Origin: Pseudomonadales bacterium
GTDB lineage: Bacteria; Pseudomonadota; Gammaproteobacteria; Pseudomonadales; UBA7239
NCBI GenBank assembly: GCA_046347205.1
Contig: JAXMGN010000001.1
Coordinates: 750,035 to 814,034, forward strand
Direction: 5' to 3'
Length of the DNA: 64,000 nt
The translations under genes were made by a program, and so were the position numbers. Each line of letters begins with the position of its first letter. Position 1 is the first letter of the stretch. The notes beneath the pieces are model-generated. The model saw only the letters and a list, made by a program, of their open reading frames with translations. It made no database searches and was not told the DNA's origin. Below, in pieces: positions 29,017-38,304 of the stretch.

Positions 29017-29949
29017 TTATTCCCCAGCGACAACAGCCTTGGGACCAACCGCAACAGCCAACCCCGTGGCTTCAACGCGCGCCTGTTCAACTGCCTGCCA
29101 GTCTATGGGGTAATCCAGAAACTCTTGTGCGTGTTGCTGCACCAGTTGGTTGAGTGTGGTAGGGCTGCTTTTTTGATGGGCAGAAGCCCCTTCTTCCAGA
29201 GAGTGCACTTCAACGTAAAGCACACCTTCGTGCCAACCGACTTTGTAGGGCTGGTTGACGATGCGAACAGGCGTTCCTACCGGTACTTTTTGAAACAGCC
29301 GCTCAATATCCGGCGCGTACAAACGCATGCAGCCGTGAGTCACCTGCATGCCGATGCCATACTCGTTGTTCGTGCCGTGCAACAGATAGCCGGGGATACC
29401 CAAGTACAGCGCATATTTGCCCAGCGGGTTGTCGGGCCCTGGCGGCACAACCGACGGGAGTGGATCCCCTTTTTGCAGGTGCTCTTTGCGGATAGAGGCC
29501 GGTGGATACCAAGCGGGATTGGCCATTTTGCGCGCGATACGCGTCGTCACCAGCGGCGTGTTCCAATCGGTGCGGCCGATGCTCACTGGGTAGGTTTCAA
29601 CGGTGTTTGTGGCTTTGGGGTAGTAGTACAGACGCATTTCGGCGGTGTTGATAACAATGCCTTCGCGTGGCGCGTCAGGCAGGATGTGGACATGGGGCAG
29701 GATCACGGTTGAGCCATCAGCGGGCATCCACGGGTCGATGCCAGGGTTGGCTGCAGAAATCTCATCATAGCCAAAACCGTTTTGACGACCGATATCGATC
29801 AGCGTGTCTTTGCGTCCGGCATTGATGCGCACTTCTTTGCCAATCAAGCCGTCGTTGCCCTGCGGCAGTGAAAAAGTAGTGGCATGCAGAGAGCTTGAGG
29901 CCAGCAGGCTGAGTGCGAAGCTAGCGGCGAGGGGATAGCAAATTTTCAT
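29017..29949 (-). CDS. L,D-transpeptidase (YkuD domain; ErfK/YbiS/YcfS/YnhG-like)
   Basis: It has a signal peptide, a LysM-like N-terminal segment, and the YkuD catalytic motif LHGTNNEYGIGMQVTHGCMRL. Confidence 0.85.
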   Translation of the reverse strand: MKICYPLAASFALSLLASSSLHATTFSLPQGNDGLIGKEVRINAGRKDTLIDIGRQNGFGYDEISAANPGIDPWMPADGSTVILPHVHILPDAPREGIVINTAEMRLYYYPKATNTVETYPVSIGRTDWNTPLVTTRIARKMANPAWYPPASIRKEHLQKGDPLPSVVPPGPDNPLGKYALYLGIPGYLLHGTNNEYGIGMQVTHGCMRLYAPDIERLFQKVPVGTPVRIVNQPYKVGWHEGVLYVEVHSLEEGASAHQKSSPTTLNQLVQQHAQEFLDYPIDWQAVEQARVEATGLAVAVGPKAVVAGE

Positions 29950-30521
29950 GGGCGAATCTCAACAGAAGTGCCAACAGGCATAAGTTTCCACAGGCGATCC
30001 ATTTCCTGATTCGTAACGGCAACGCAGCCGTTGGTCCAATCGACCGAGCTGTGTGTGCGCCCTACCCACTCAAAGCCATTTTCTAGACCGTGAATAGCAA
30101 CGTTGCCACCGGGGCTACAATTTCTCTGTTTGGCAACGGCAATGTCATTGGCATTGGGATAATTTATTAGCAGTGAGCGATAGAAACGGGAGTTGGGATT
30201 TTGTGCCACGATTTTGTAGCGACCTTCTGGCGTTTTGTAGTCGCCCTCACAATTTTTGGCCCCCACTGGCTCACGTCCCAGCGCGATGCGGTAAGAGGCG
30301 ACGACCTGCCCGCCGGAGTAAACCGTCAGCGTGTGTTTACCCTTTTCAATAACGGCGTGGTCTATTTGTTTGATGGGCGGCTGCGGCAACTGGCGCACAA
30401 TTTTCTGTGGTGCGGCTTTTTTGTGGCGATACCAACCAGAGACAGATTCACAACCGGTCAGCGGCAGGAGGGACACAGAGAGCAGGAGCAGGAGCGAGCG
30501 GGAGTAGGAGCGTTCAATCAT
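29946..30521 (-). CDS. YkuD-fold lipoprotein, YafK(DpaA)-like
   Basis: The lipobox is LLPLTG/CES after MIERSYSRS.. (ATG 30521). The YkuD catalytic motif is IHGLENG...SVDWTNGCVAV. Small size and layout resemble YafK. Its start/stop overlaps the next gene (ATGA). Confidence 0.65.
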   Translation of the reverse strand: MIERSYSRSLLLLLSVSLLPLTGCESVSGWYRHKKAAPQKIVRQLPQPPIKQIDHAVIEKGKHTLTVYSGGQVVASYRIALGREPVGAKNCEGDYKTPEGRYKIVAQNPNSRFYRSLLINYPNANDIAVAKQRNCSPGGNVAIHGLENGFEWVGRTHSSVDWTNGCVAVTNQEMDRLWKLMPVGTSVEIRP

Positions 30522-30685
30522 GGATAAGTGTGCGACGCATTTGCGGCTGTAAAACGGGTGGCGGGATACCAAGTGCGTGCAGTTAACGCGCCATTATCCT
30601 CGCGCAAAGGATTGTCGCACAGACTGTCATGGCATTGCTATAAGCGGTATCCTTGCCGCCCCCTGAGATCAGCCCACGGTGTTTT

Positions 30686-31324
30686 ATGTTTGGTCGATTC
30701 ATGCCGCGCGAAGCGAAGTTCTTTGACATGTTCAATGCACATACCAAGGAAATTGTTCGCGGTGCTGATGCCTTGGTTGCTGTGATGGCGGCCTTGAATC
30801 AATCGCAAGCCGCTGCAGCAGCGCATGCCGACACCTTGGACGCCATCGAAGCGCGCGCGGACAAAATTGCCGACGAAACCATGGCGATGTTGCATGCCAC
30901 TTTCATCACGCCGCTGGATCGCGATGAAATTCACTTGCTGATGAAACATCTGGATGACGTGCTCGACACCATGCAGGATGCAGCGGGCACCGTCACCACT
31001 TACGACATCAACCGCGCCACGCCGCAGGCCATCCGCTTTGCCGAAATCATTCGCGCCTCCTGCCAAACCGTGGAGCGCGCCGTCGGCATGTTGCACAACA
31101 TGGACAACGGTCCTGCGATTCTGGAAGCGTGCAAAGAAATCAATCGCCTCGAATCCGAAGCGGATGTCGTGTTGCGCGATGCCATGTCAAAACTGTTCCG
31201 CGAAGAGCCTGATGTGCGCGAGCTCATCAAACTCAAAGCTATTTATGAATTGTTGGAAACAGTAACGGATTGTTGCAAAAACGTAGCGACAATTCTCGAA
31301 GAAATTGTGCTCGAAAACTCTTAA
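30686..31324 (+). CDS. DUF47/PhoU-like phosphate-transport accessory protein (YkaA/TIGR00153-like)
   Basis: MFGRFMPREAKFFDMF... is the typical N-terminus. The protein is all-helical and sits directly upstream of a PiT transporter. Confidence 0.8.
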   Translation: MFGRFMPREAKFFDMFNAHTKEIVRGADALVAVMAALNQSQAAAAAHADTLDAIEARADKIADETMAMLHATFITPLDRDEIHLLMKHLDDVLDTMQDAAGTVTTYDINRATPQAIRFAEIIRASCQTVERAVGMLHNMDNGPAILEACKEINRLESEADVVLRDAMSKLFREEPDVRELIKLKAIYELLETVTDCCKNVATILEEIVLENS

Positions 31325-31359
31325 TTTCTGACAACACTCACCGATAGCAGCCGCTCATT

Positions 31360-32367
31360 ATGGATCACATAACCATATCGTTTGGTGTCTTGGCCTTTCT
31401 GGTGTTGTTGGCGCTAGCTTTCGACTTCATGAACGGCTTTCACGATGCCGCTAACGCCATCGCCACGGTCGTGTCTACGCGCGTACTGAAGCCGCATCAA
31501 GCAGTGATGATGGCCACTTTTTTCAATTTTATTGCGATTTTTGTTTTTCACTTGAAAGTGGCCGCGATGGTGGGCAAGGGCACGATAGACCCATCCATTG
31601 TCGATCACTATGTGGTATTCGGCGCACTCGCCGGCGCCATTGCGTGGAATGTTATCACTTGGTATTACGGTATCCCTTCATCGTCTTCGCATGCACTAAT
31701 TGGTGGTTTGATTGGTGCAGCGCTAATTAAATCTGGCCCCAGTGCGCTCATTGCAGACGGCATTTTGAAAACCGTGGCGTTTATTGTGATTTCGCCGATG
31801 GTAGGTATGTTGCTCGGTGGTTTGTTGATGTTGTTGATTGGCTGGTTGTTTCGCCATCAAACGCCACGCCGCGTGGAAAATTGGTCGCGTCGGTTGCAGT
31901 TAGTCTCCGCGTCCGCTTACGCCTTAGGGCACGGCGGCAATGACGCGCAAAAAACGATCGGTATTATTTGGATGTTGTTGATCGCCGCAGGCGTCACTGG
32001 GCAAAACGATCATGTGCCGTATTGGGTCGTGTTTGCTTGTTACTCGGCGATTGGTTTGGGTACAGCATTTGGTGGCTGGCGCATTATTCGCCTGATGGGA
32101 CAAAAAATTACCAAACTTAGCCCTGTGGGTGGTTTTGCTGCACAAACAGCAGGGGCCAGCATGCTGTTTATTGCCACTACTTTGGGCGTTCCCGTTTCAA
32201 CCACGCACACCATTACTGGTGCGATTGTGGGTGTGGGAGCCAACCGGAAATTATCTGCCGTGCGTTGGGGTATTGCCGGCACTATCGTGTGGGCGTGGAT
32301 TTTTACTATTCCGTGCAGCGCATTGATCGCCGCTATTTTCTGGTTTATTGGCAAACATATTTTTTGA
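31360..32367 (+). CDS. inorganic phosphate transporter, PiT family
   Basis: 335 aa, polytopic, with duplicated PiT signatures GFHDAANAIAT and GGNDAQKTIG. Confidence 0.9.
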   Translation: MDHITISFGVLAFLVLLALAFDFMNGFHDAANAIATVVSTRVLKPHQAVMMATFFNFIAIFVFHLKVAAMVGKGTIDPSIVDHYVVFGALAGAIAWNVITWYYGIPSSSSHALIGGLIGAALIKSGPSALIADGILKTVAFIVISPMVGMLLGGLLMLLIGWLFRHQTPRRVENWSRRLQLVSASAYALGHGGNDAQKTIGIIWMLLIAAGVTGQNDHVPYWVVFACYSAIGLGTAFGGWRIIRLMGQKITKLSPVGGFAAQTAGASMLFIATTLGVPVSTTHTITGAIVGVGANRKLSAVRWGIAGTIVWAWIFTIPCSALIAAIFWFIGKHIF

Positions 32368-32373
32368 TGGTCG

Positions 32374-33363
32374 TCATGCCGTTGCGGTAATAATCGCACG
32401 GCGAGGGGCAGGGTAGCCCTCTATGGTTTTGCTGCTGTCGTTAGGATCGAGAAAATCACTCAGCGATTGAAAACGCATCCAATCGGTACTGCGCTGTTCT
32501 TGTGTGGTGGTTTGGCAAACATCCACCACACGCACATCGTTAAAGCGCATTTTTTTTAACCAATTTACTAACATAGCAGTGCTGGGAATAAACCACACAT
32601 TGCCCATGCGTCCGTAGCGTCCTTCCGGCACCAACACGGTATTTTCATCGCCGTCTATCACCAGTGTTTCCAATACCAATTGTCCGTCCGGTTTGAGCAA
32701 TTGTTTTAATTCCAATAGATGATCCATCGGTGAACGGCGATGGTAGAGCACGCCCATCGAAAAAACTGTATCAAAAGCTTGCAAGTTGGATGGCAAGTCT
32801 TCGCAGGCGGCAGGCACTACAAACACGTCATCATTTTGCAAAAAATGTTGCAGCGCCCAGTACTGCACGACAAACAGTGGAGAAGGTTCAATGCCGATCA
32901 CCAACTCAGCGCCTGCACCACGCATGCGCCATGCGTGGTAGCCACTGCCGCAACCGACATCCAACACCGTTTTGCCTTGCAGTGGCGCAATATGCGGCGC
33001 AAGGCGTTGCCATTTCCAATCTGAACGCCACTCAGTGTCGATAAAAATATCAGCGATACTGAAAGGGCCTTTGCGCCACGGATGCAAACCGCGCAACGCA
33101 GTTTCTACGTGCAATTTTTCTGTATCGCTCAGAGGATTTTTTGCGCGAAAAGAAACGGTGTCCGCATCAAGGCAAATACTTTCTGGCTCCAGAACGGGTA
33201 ACTGTGCAATGCAATTTAACCAGCGCGGCAAATCGCCCCAGCGTTCGCAGTTGAAGTGGCGTTCAATCGTGGCGGGCAGAGTCTCTAGCCACGGTGCCAA
33301 CGCCGTGTTTTGCAGGCGAGAAAACAACGGGGTGTAATCTGGTGCGGGAATGCGTGTTGTCAC
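32374..33363 (-). CDS. cmoB: tRNA U34 carboxymethyltransferase
   Basis: WRKGPFSI..IDTEWRSDWKW, LDVGCGSGYH, FSMGVLYHRRSP and LVLETLVIDGDENTVLVP are near-identical to E. coli CmoB blocks. The GTG at 33363 overlaps the cmoA stop (GTGA). The start is uncertain, and the track start is 33405. Confidence 0.9.
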   Translation of the reverse strand: MTTRIPAPDYTPLFSRLQNTALAPWLETLPATIERHFNCERWGDLPRWLNCIAQLPVLEPESICLDADTVSFRAKNPLSDTEKLHVETALRGLHPWRKGPFSIADIFIDTEWRSDWKWQRLAPHIAPLQGKTVLDVGCGSGYHAWRMRGAGAELVIGIEPSPLFVVQYWALQHFLQNDDVFVVPAACEDLPSNLQAFDTVFSMGVLYHRRSPMDHLLELKQLLKPDGQLVLETLVIDGDENTVLVPEGRYGRMGNVWFIPSTAMLVNWLKKMRFNDVRVVDVCQTTTQEQRSTDWMRFQSLSDFLDPNDSSKTIEGYPAPRRAIITATA

Positions 33364-34076
33364 TTGATCGCCACCAGCGAAATAAAATTGAAGCACTGAA
33401 ACCATACGCCGCTATTCCTGAAGCCTGCCGCGCGCAAACGTGCCTCGTGCGTGGCTGTTGTTTCAGGAATGAGTACGTTTTCTAGTGCAGTGCGTTTTTG
33501 GCTCACTTCCAGCGCTGAATAGCCATTGGTCATTTTGAAATCGTGATACAGATCGGTGGTGAGCTGTTGCATGGCGGGATTATCAAAACAGATTTTTTCT
33601 GACAACACCAACGCTGCGCCGGGCAACATCCCGTCATAAATATTTTTTATCACACGCTCACGATCTTGCTGTGGCACGAATTGCAGGGTGAAATTGAGTA
33701 CCACCATGCTGGCGTTATTGATCGCAATATCTTGCAAATTATTATTGAGCAATTGGTATTGTGCGACTTGCGCAGAAAAGCTGTCTGCACAGCGATTCAG
33801 CATCGCTGTGGAATTATCGACGGCAATAAACTCTATCGGCCGACCTTGCAAATTGTTCATCATGGCCAGTGTGGATGCGCCCAGCGAGCAGCCGAGATCG
33901 TAACAGCGCGTGTGATCTTGCGCGTGACGCGCGGCGAGCAAGCCCGTCATGGTGATGATGTTGCTGTAGCCAGGGATGGACCGTTGCAACATATCGGGAA
34001 ACACGGCGGCCACGGATTCGTCAAAACGAAAACCGGCGATATTGTCTAAATTGTCAGCGTAAATATTGTCGCGCAT
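33360..34076 (-). CDS. cmoA: carboxy-S-adenosyl-L-methionine synthase
   Basis: FRFDESVAAVFPDMLQRSIPGYSN, YDLGCSLGA and VLNFTLQF are CmoA blocks. The gene is paired with cmoB. Confidence 0.9.
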   Translation of the reverse strand: MRDNIYADNLDNIAGFRFDESVAAVFPDMLQRSIPGYSNIITMTGLLAARHAQDHTRCYDLGCSLGASTLAMMNNLQGRPIEFIAVDNSTAMLNRCADSFSAQVAQYQLLNNNLQDIAINNASMVVLNFTLQFVPQQDRERVIKNIYDGMLPGAALVLSEKICFDNPAMQQLTTDLYHDFKMTNGYSALEVSQKRTALENVLIPETTATHEARLRAAGFRNSGVWFQCFNFISLVAIK

Positions 34077-34090
34077 AAAATGTTTGTCTT

Positions 34091-34972
34091 TTATAAATCA
34101 GCGCCAGCGGCATTGATAACTAATTGCTCGATAGATTTGATGCCAGGGATCACACTGCTAATGGCGGGATGCTGCAAACACCAGGAGCAAGCCCAGCTCG
34201 CCGGCTCTACGCCCGCCGGCACTTGCTGCAACACTTGTAGCGCCTGTGCAATTTGCTGCGCATTCACTTCCGGTTTGCGCTCGGCGCGCACATCGTTGGC
34301 AGGAAAAGCCGCATCGGGTTGGTATTTGCCCGACAAAAAACCACTGGCCAGCGGCACGCGCGCCAGCACGCCGAGGTCTTGGCGCAGGCAAGAGGGCAGC
34401 ACGGTGTCAGCAGCTTTGCTGTTAATCGCGTTGTAAACGGTTTGAATCACGGAAACGCCGAGCGCAGTAGCGCGATCCACTTGGTACAACTGGCTCGGCT
34501 GCCCAATCGAGATACCCAGAAAGCGCACTTTGCCGGCCTGCACTTGCTTGCTCAACATCGTCCACAGCGCATCGTTGTCGAGCTGCTCGCGGGTGCCGGA
34601 GTGAAATTGGTACACGTCGATGTAATCCGTTTGCAGCGCGCGCAGCGAGGCCTCCAATTGTTGCAGCACCGATTCCGGCTGCCAGTGCGTTTCTGGCGGC
34701 GCATCGCTGGCGCGGTGGTGGCCAAACTTGGTGGCGATGATCCAGTGCTCACGCGTATTTTTTAGCGCCTCACCAATAAAAGCCTCCGACACATGGTGGC
34801 CGTAGCACTCGGCGGTATCGACCAAATTGATACCCAGCTCAGCACCCTTGGCAAAAATATCGTTGACCTCCGGCTGGCTGAAACTTTTGCCCCAGTGATT
34901 GCCGAGCTGCCAGGTACCGATGCCGACAGCGGATACCTGCAAGTTGGTTTTGCCGAGTCGGCGGTATTTCAT
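34091..34972 (-). CDS. aldo/keto reductase
   Basis: [21 protein letters not shown], the DTAECYG motif and the (beta/alpha)8 AKR pattern are present. Confidence 0.85.
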   Translation of the reverse strand: MKYRRLGKTNLQVSAVGIGTWQLGNHWGKSFSQPEVNDIFAKGAELGINLVDTAECYGHHVSEAFIGEALKNTREHWIIATKFGHHRASDAPPETHWQPESVLQQLEASLRALQTDYIDVYQFHSGTREQLDNDALWTMLSKQVQAGKVRFLGISIGQPSQLYQVDRATALGVSVIQTVYNAINSKAADTVLPSCLRQDLGVLARVPLASGFLSGKYQPDAAFPANDVRAERKPEVNAQQIAQALQVLQQVPAGVEPASWACSWCLQHPAISSVIPGIKSIEQLVINAAGADL

Positions 34973-35061
34973 GCGCGCACACCCAAAAGAAGGAAAACAT
35001 TATTGAACCTATGCTGGCTGATGTAAACTTCGGCGCGTATCGCTTTTCTGTTGAGGTTTTT

Positions 35062-35550
35062 ATGCCGTCTTTTGATGTGGTGTCTGAATTAGATAAACAC
35101 CAAGTGACCAATGCCATCGATCAATCCAATCGCGTGGTCGCCAACCGTTTTGATTTCAAAGGCGTGGACGCGCGCTTTGAGTATGCAGACAAAGCGGTGA
35201 CGATGCGCGCCGAAGCGGATATTCAAATCCAGCAAATGTTGGATATTTTGCGCCAGACACTCGTTAAAGCGGGTATTGATCTGGCTTGCATGCAAGAAAA
35301 AGATATAGAACATAGCGGTAAAACCGTGAAGCAAGTGGTGTTGCTGCGCGAAGGTATTGAGCAAGAGCTGGCGAAAAAAATCATCAAAATGATTAAAGAC
35401 AGCAAGTTGAAGGTACAGGCAGCCATTCAAGGTGAACAAGTGCGCGTGACAGGAAAAAAACGTGACGACCTGCAGGAAGTGATAGCCTTCTTGCGCAGCG
35501 AAAAAGAAACCATTGCCATGCCGCTGCAATTTAATAATTTTCGCGATTGA
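35062..35550 (+). CDS. yajQ: YajQ family nucleotide (c-di-GMP)-binding protein
   Basis: [27 protein letters not shown] is the canonical YajQ start. The ATG at 35062 is preceded by TGAGG. Confidence 0.9.
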   Translation: MPSFDVVSELDKHQVTNAIDQSNRVVANRFDFKGVDARFEYADKAVTMRAEADIQIQQMLDILRQTLVKAGIDLACMQEKDIEHSGKTVKQVVLLREGIEQELAKKIIKMIKDSKLKVQAAIQGEQVRVTGKKRDDLQEVIAFLRSEKETIAMPLQFNNFRD

Positions 35551-35556
35551 TGCATC

Positions 35557-36984
35557 ATGAATCCATCAATTCCGCTTTGTGTAGACATGGATGGCACGCT
35601 GCTAAAAACAGACACATTGCTGGAGTTGTTGTTTGGTGTATTAAAGCAAAAACCTTGGGTTTTGTTGCTTTTGCCCTTGTGGTGTTTGCGCGGCAAAGTG
35701 TTTCTCAAGCGCACGCTCTCGGCGCGTTACTCCTTAAATGTAGCGCTGCTGCCCATCAATGTCGACTTTGTCGATTTTCTGCATGCAGAAAAAACTAATG
35801 GTCGAGAGCTGTATTTAGCGACCGGCGCGTATTTGGATTTGGCGCAGCAAGTTGCGGCACATTACGGAGTTTTTTCTGGCGTATTGGCGACAAGCGACAA
35901 AAATTTAACCGGTCGTACGAAAGCAGAGGCGATGGTCGCCCAGTTTGGCGAAAAGGGTTTTGATTACGCCGGCAACAGTACGGTTGATAGCCCCTGCTGG
36001 GAGCACGCGAGGCAGTGTTATTTGGTAAACGCCAGCCCTGCTGTTGTTAAAAAAATGGTGGCTCTATTTTCTTTTGAAAAAATGTTTGATTTGCGTAGCA
36101 AGATTACGCTAGCTATTTTGTTGCGTGCATTGCGTATTCACCAATGGGCAAAAAATATTTTGGTATTCATTCCCTTGTTGGCATCACACAAGGCTTTAGA
36201 ATTTTCATTACTACAGAACACACTGCTGGCTTTTCTGGCGTTTGGTTGCAGTGCCTCGCTCTCTTATGTCATCAACGATATTGGCGATTTAGACGCAGAT
36301 CGACAGCATCGCAGCAAACACAAACGCCCCTTTGCTTGCGGTGAGCTTTCCATTCCCAATGGTTTGACCCTGGTGTTATTGCTGGCAGCCTGCGCCATTT
36401 TTCTTGTATCTTTTTTGCCGCTACGTTTTGCTAGCGCACTGCTGGCGTATTTGGTCATTACCAATTTGTACAGCATGCGTTTGAAAAACTTTCCTGTTTT
36501 AGATGTCGCTATTCTTGCCGGCCTGTATACGTTGCGCGTGGTGGCAGGTGGCTTGGCTACTGGCGTAGAAGTTTCATTTTGGTTATTGGCTTTTTCTGGT
36601 TTTATTTTCTTTAGCCTAGCGATAGTAAAGAGAGTGTCCGAATTGCTGACGATTGAGGTATCCGGCAATCAACCTGTCCAATGCCGTGGCTATTGGACCA
36701 GCGATATTCCGGTGCTGACCGGATTAGGCACTGCCAGTGCAATGATGGCGGTGTTGGTATTGGCTCTGTATATCAACAGCCCGAATGTGGTGGCGCTGTA
36801 CAGCAGCCCGCGCTATTTGTGGGTGCTGTGCCCAGTGATGGCGCTGTGGCTGGGGCGCGTGTGGCTGATTACCGGGCGCGGCGACATGCACGATGATCCC
36901 GTGGTGTTTGCCTTGCGTGATCGCATGAGTTGGCTGCTGTTTTTGTTGGCGGGCTCATTCATCGTGGTGGGAGCCAATATCTGA
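35557..36984 (+). CDS. HAD-like hydrolase domain fused to UbiA-family polyprenyl-phosphate phosphoribosyltransferase (Rv3806c-like)
   Basis: The N-terminal ~170 aa carry HAD motif I (CVDMDGTLLKTD). The C-terminal part is polytopic, with the UbiA motif YVINDIGDLDADRQHRSKHKRPFACGE and a second Asp-rich region. Confidence 0.8.
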   Translation: MNPSIPLCVDMDGTLLKTDTLLELLFGVLKQKPWVLLLLPLWCLRGKVFLKRTLSARYSLNVALLPINVDFVDFLHAEKTNGRELYLATGAYLDLAQQVAAHYGVFSGVLATSDKNLTGRTKAEAMVAQFGEKGFDYAGNSTVDSPCWEHARQCYLVNASPAVVKKMVALFSFEKMFDLRSKITLAILLRALRIHQWAKNILVFIPLLASHKALEFSLLQNTLLAFLAFGCSASLSYVINDIGDLDADRQHRSKHKRPFACGELSIPNGLTLVLLLAACAIFLVSFLPLRFASALLAYLVITNLYSMRLKNFPVLDVAILAGLYTLRVVAGGLATGVEVSFWLLAFSGFIFFSLAIVKRVSELLTIEVSGNQPVQCRGYWTSDIPVLTGLGTASAMMAVLVLALYINSPNVVALYSSPRYLWVLCPVMALWLGRVWLITGRGDMHDDPVVFALRDRMSWLLFLLAGSFIVVGANI

Positions 36985-38282
36985 TGGGTGTGCGTCATTC
37001 ATGGGGGCGTTATTTTCATTACACGCATGATGAGCGCACGATTTCTTGGCGCAACGAGGCATTACCAAAAACAGAAAATAAACTATTGCCACACGGATTA
37101 GGGCGCAGTTATGGCGACAGTTGCTTGAATAACGGCGGCACGCTGCTGCACACGTCTGCGCTAAATCATTGGATGGATTTCGATAAATCAACGGGCTTAT
37201 TGTGTTGTGAAGCAGGGGTATCGCTGGCAGATATTTTGGAACTCTGCGTGCCGCACGGTTGGTTTTTACCTGTGACACCCGGCACCAAATTTGTGACGCT
37301 CGGCGGTGCGGTAGCCAATGATGTGCACGGAAAAAATCATGTGGTGGACGGTACATTTGGCCGACACGTCACCGCGCTTGAGTTGTTGCGCAGTGATGGC
37401 GAGCGACTGCTGTGTACCTCAACAAAAAACGCGGATTTATTTTGCGCAACAATCGGTGGTTTGGGTCTGACAGGTTTGATTACCTGGGTCGAGCTGCAAC
37501 TGATCCCCGTCAAAAACGCTTTTGTGAATGACGATTCGTTTCAATGCGACAATCTCGATCACTGCTTGCAACATTTTGCACAGTCGCGCGAGACACACCG
37601 CTATCGCGTGGCGTGGTTGGATTGTTTGGCCACTGGCAGTGCATTGGGGCGCGGCATTTTTTCGCGCGCCAATCACTGCGAGAGCGACACTTTGCCCGCC
37701 GTGCATCAGCAGGGAAAAAAGTTATCTGTGCCGCTGACGTTTCCGCCGCATGTGCTCAATCGCTATAGCGTCAGTGCATTCAATGCCCTGTATTACCGCA
37801 AACTGCGCGCCAGAAAAAAATCGTCGCGCTTAAGCTACGACAAATTTTTTTATCCACTGGACAACATCCATCACTGGAATCGCATTTACGGACCGCACGG
37901 TTTTTTGCAATACCAGTGCGTAGTGACGCGTGATGTGCGCGACGCTTTGCAGGCGCTGTTAAAACGCATCGCCCAATCGGGGCAGGCCTCTTTTCTCAGC
38001 GTATTAAAAGAGTTTGGCGATTTGTCTTCGCCAGGCTTGCTGTCTTTTCCACGCAGCGGTTACACCTTGGCGTTGGACTTCCCTAACCTCGGTGACAGCA
38101 CACTGAATCTGTTAAATGATTTGGATGCCATCGTGCGCGAAGCCGAGGGTGCGATTTATCCGGCGAAAGATGCGCGTATGTCGCCCGCTATGTTTCGCGC
38201 CAGTTTTCCTCAAGTCGAGCAATTTATTCCCTATATGGACCCACAATTTTCTTCCAGTTTTTGGCGCCGCGTTTATTCGTAA
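36984..38282 (+). CDS. FAD-dependent oxidase, DprE1-like (polyprenylphosphoryl-beta-D-ribose 2'-oxidase)
   Basis: GLGRSYGDS, GTKFVTLGGAVANDVHGKNH, LFCATIGGLGLTG, FYPLDNIHHWNRIYGPHGFLQYQCVV and LSFPRSGYTLALDFP parallel DprE1 blocks. The ATG at 36984 overlaps the upstream stop (TGATG). Confidence 0.8.
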   Translation: MGVRHSWGRYFHYTHDERTISWRNEALPKTENKLLPHGLGRSYGDSCLNNGGTLLHTSALNHWMDFDKSTGLLCCEAGVSLADILELCVPHGWFLPVTPGTKFVTLGGAVANDVHGKNHVVDGTFGRHVTALELLRSDGERLLCTSTKNADLFCATIGGLGLTGLITWVELQLIPVKNAFVNDDSFQCDNLDHCLQHFAQSRETHRYRVAWLDCLATGSALGRGIFSRANHCESDTLPAVHQQGKKLSVPLTFPPHVLNRYSVSAFNALYYRKLRARKKSSRLSYDKFFYPLDNIHHWNRIYGPHGFLQYQCVVTRDVRDALQALLKRIAQSGQASFLSVLKEFGDLSSPGLLSFPRSGYTLALDFPNLGDSTLNLLNDLDAIVREAEGAIYPAKDARMSPAMFRASFPQVEQFIPYMDPQFSSSFWRRVYS

Positions 38283-38304
38283 TCACAAGAAAAAGAGGAT
38301 GGCT

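Noticed and set aside
28903-29712. A 269-aa plus-strand ORF
   Set aside because: It is antisense to the YkuD L,D-transpeptidase gene, which has the catalytic HGC motif. The plus-strand translation has no motifs.
38116-38304. A long N-terminal extension of the DprE2-like SDR overlapping the DprE1-like gene
   Set aside because: The Rossmann motif starts right after the ATG at 38305, which has an AAGAGG RBS. The extension has no SDR features and would overlap the upstream gene by about 170 nt. Similar track extensions were trimmed for cbiX (58969), cbiL (54994), the dNK gene (26587), cbtB (61941) and yajQ (35011).
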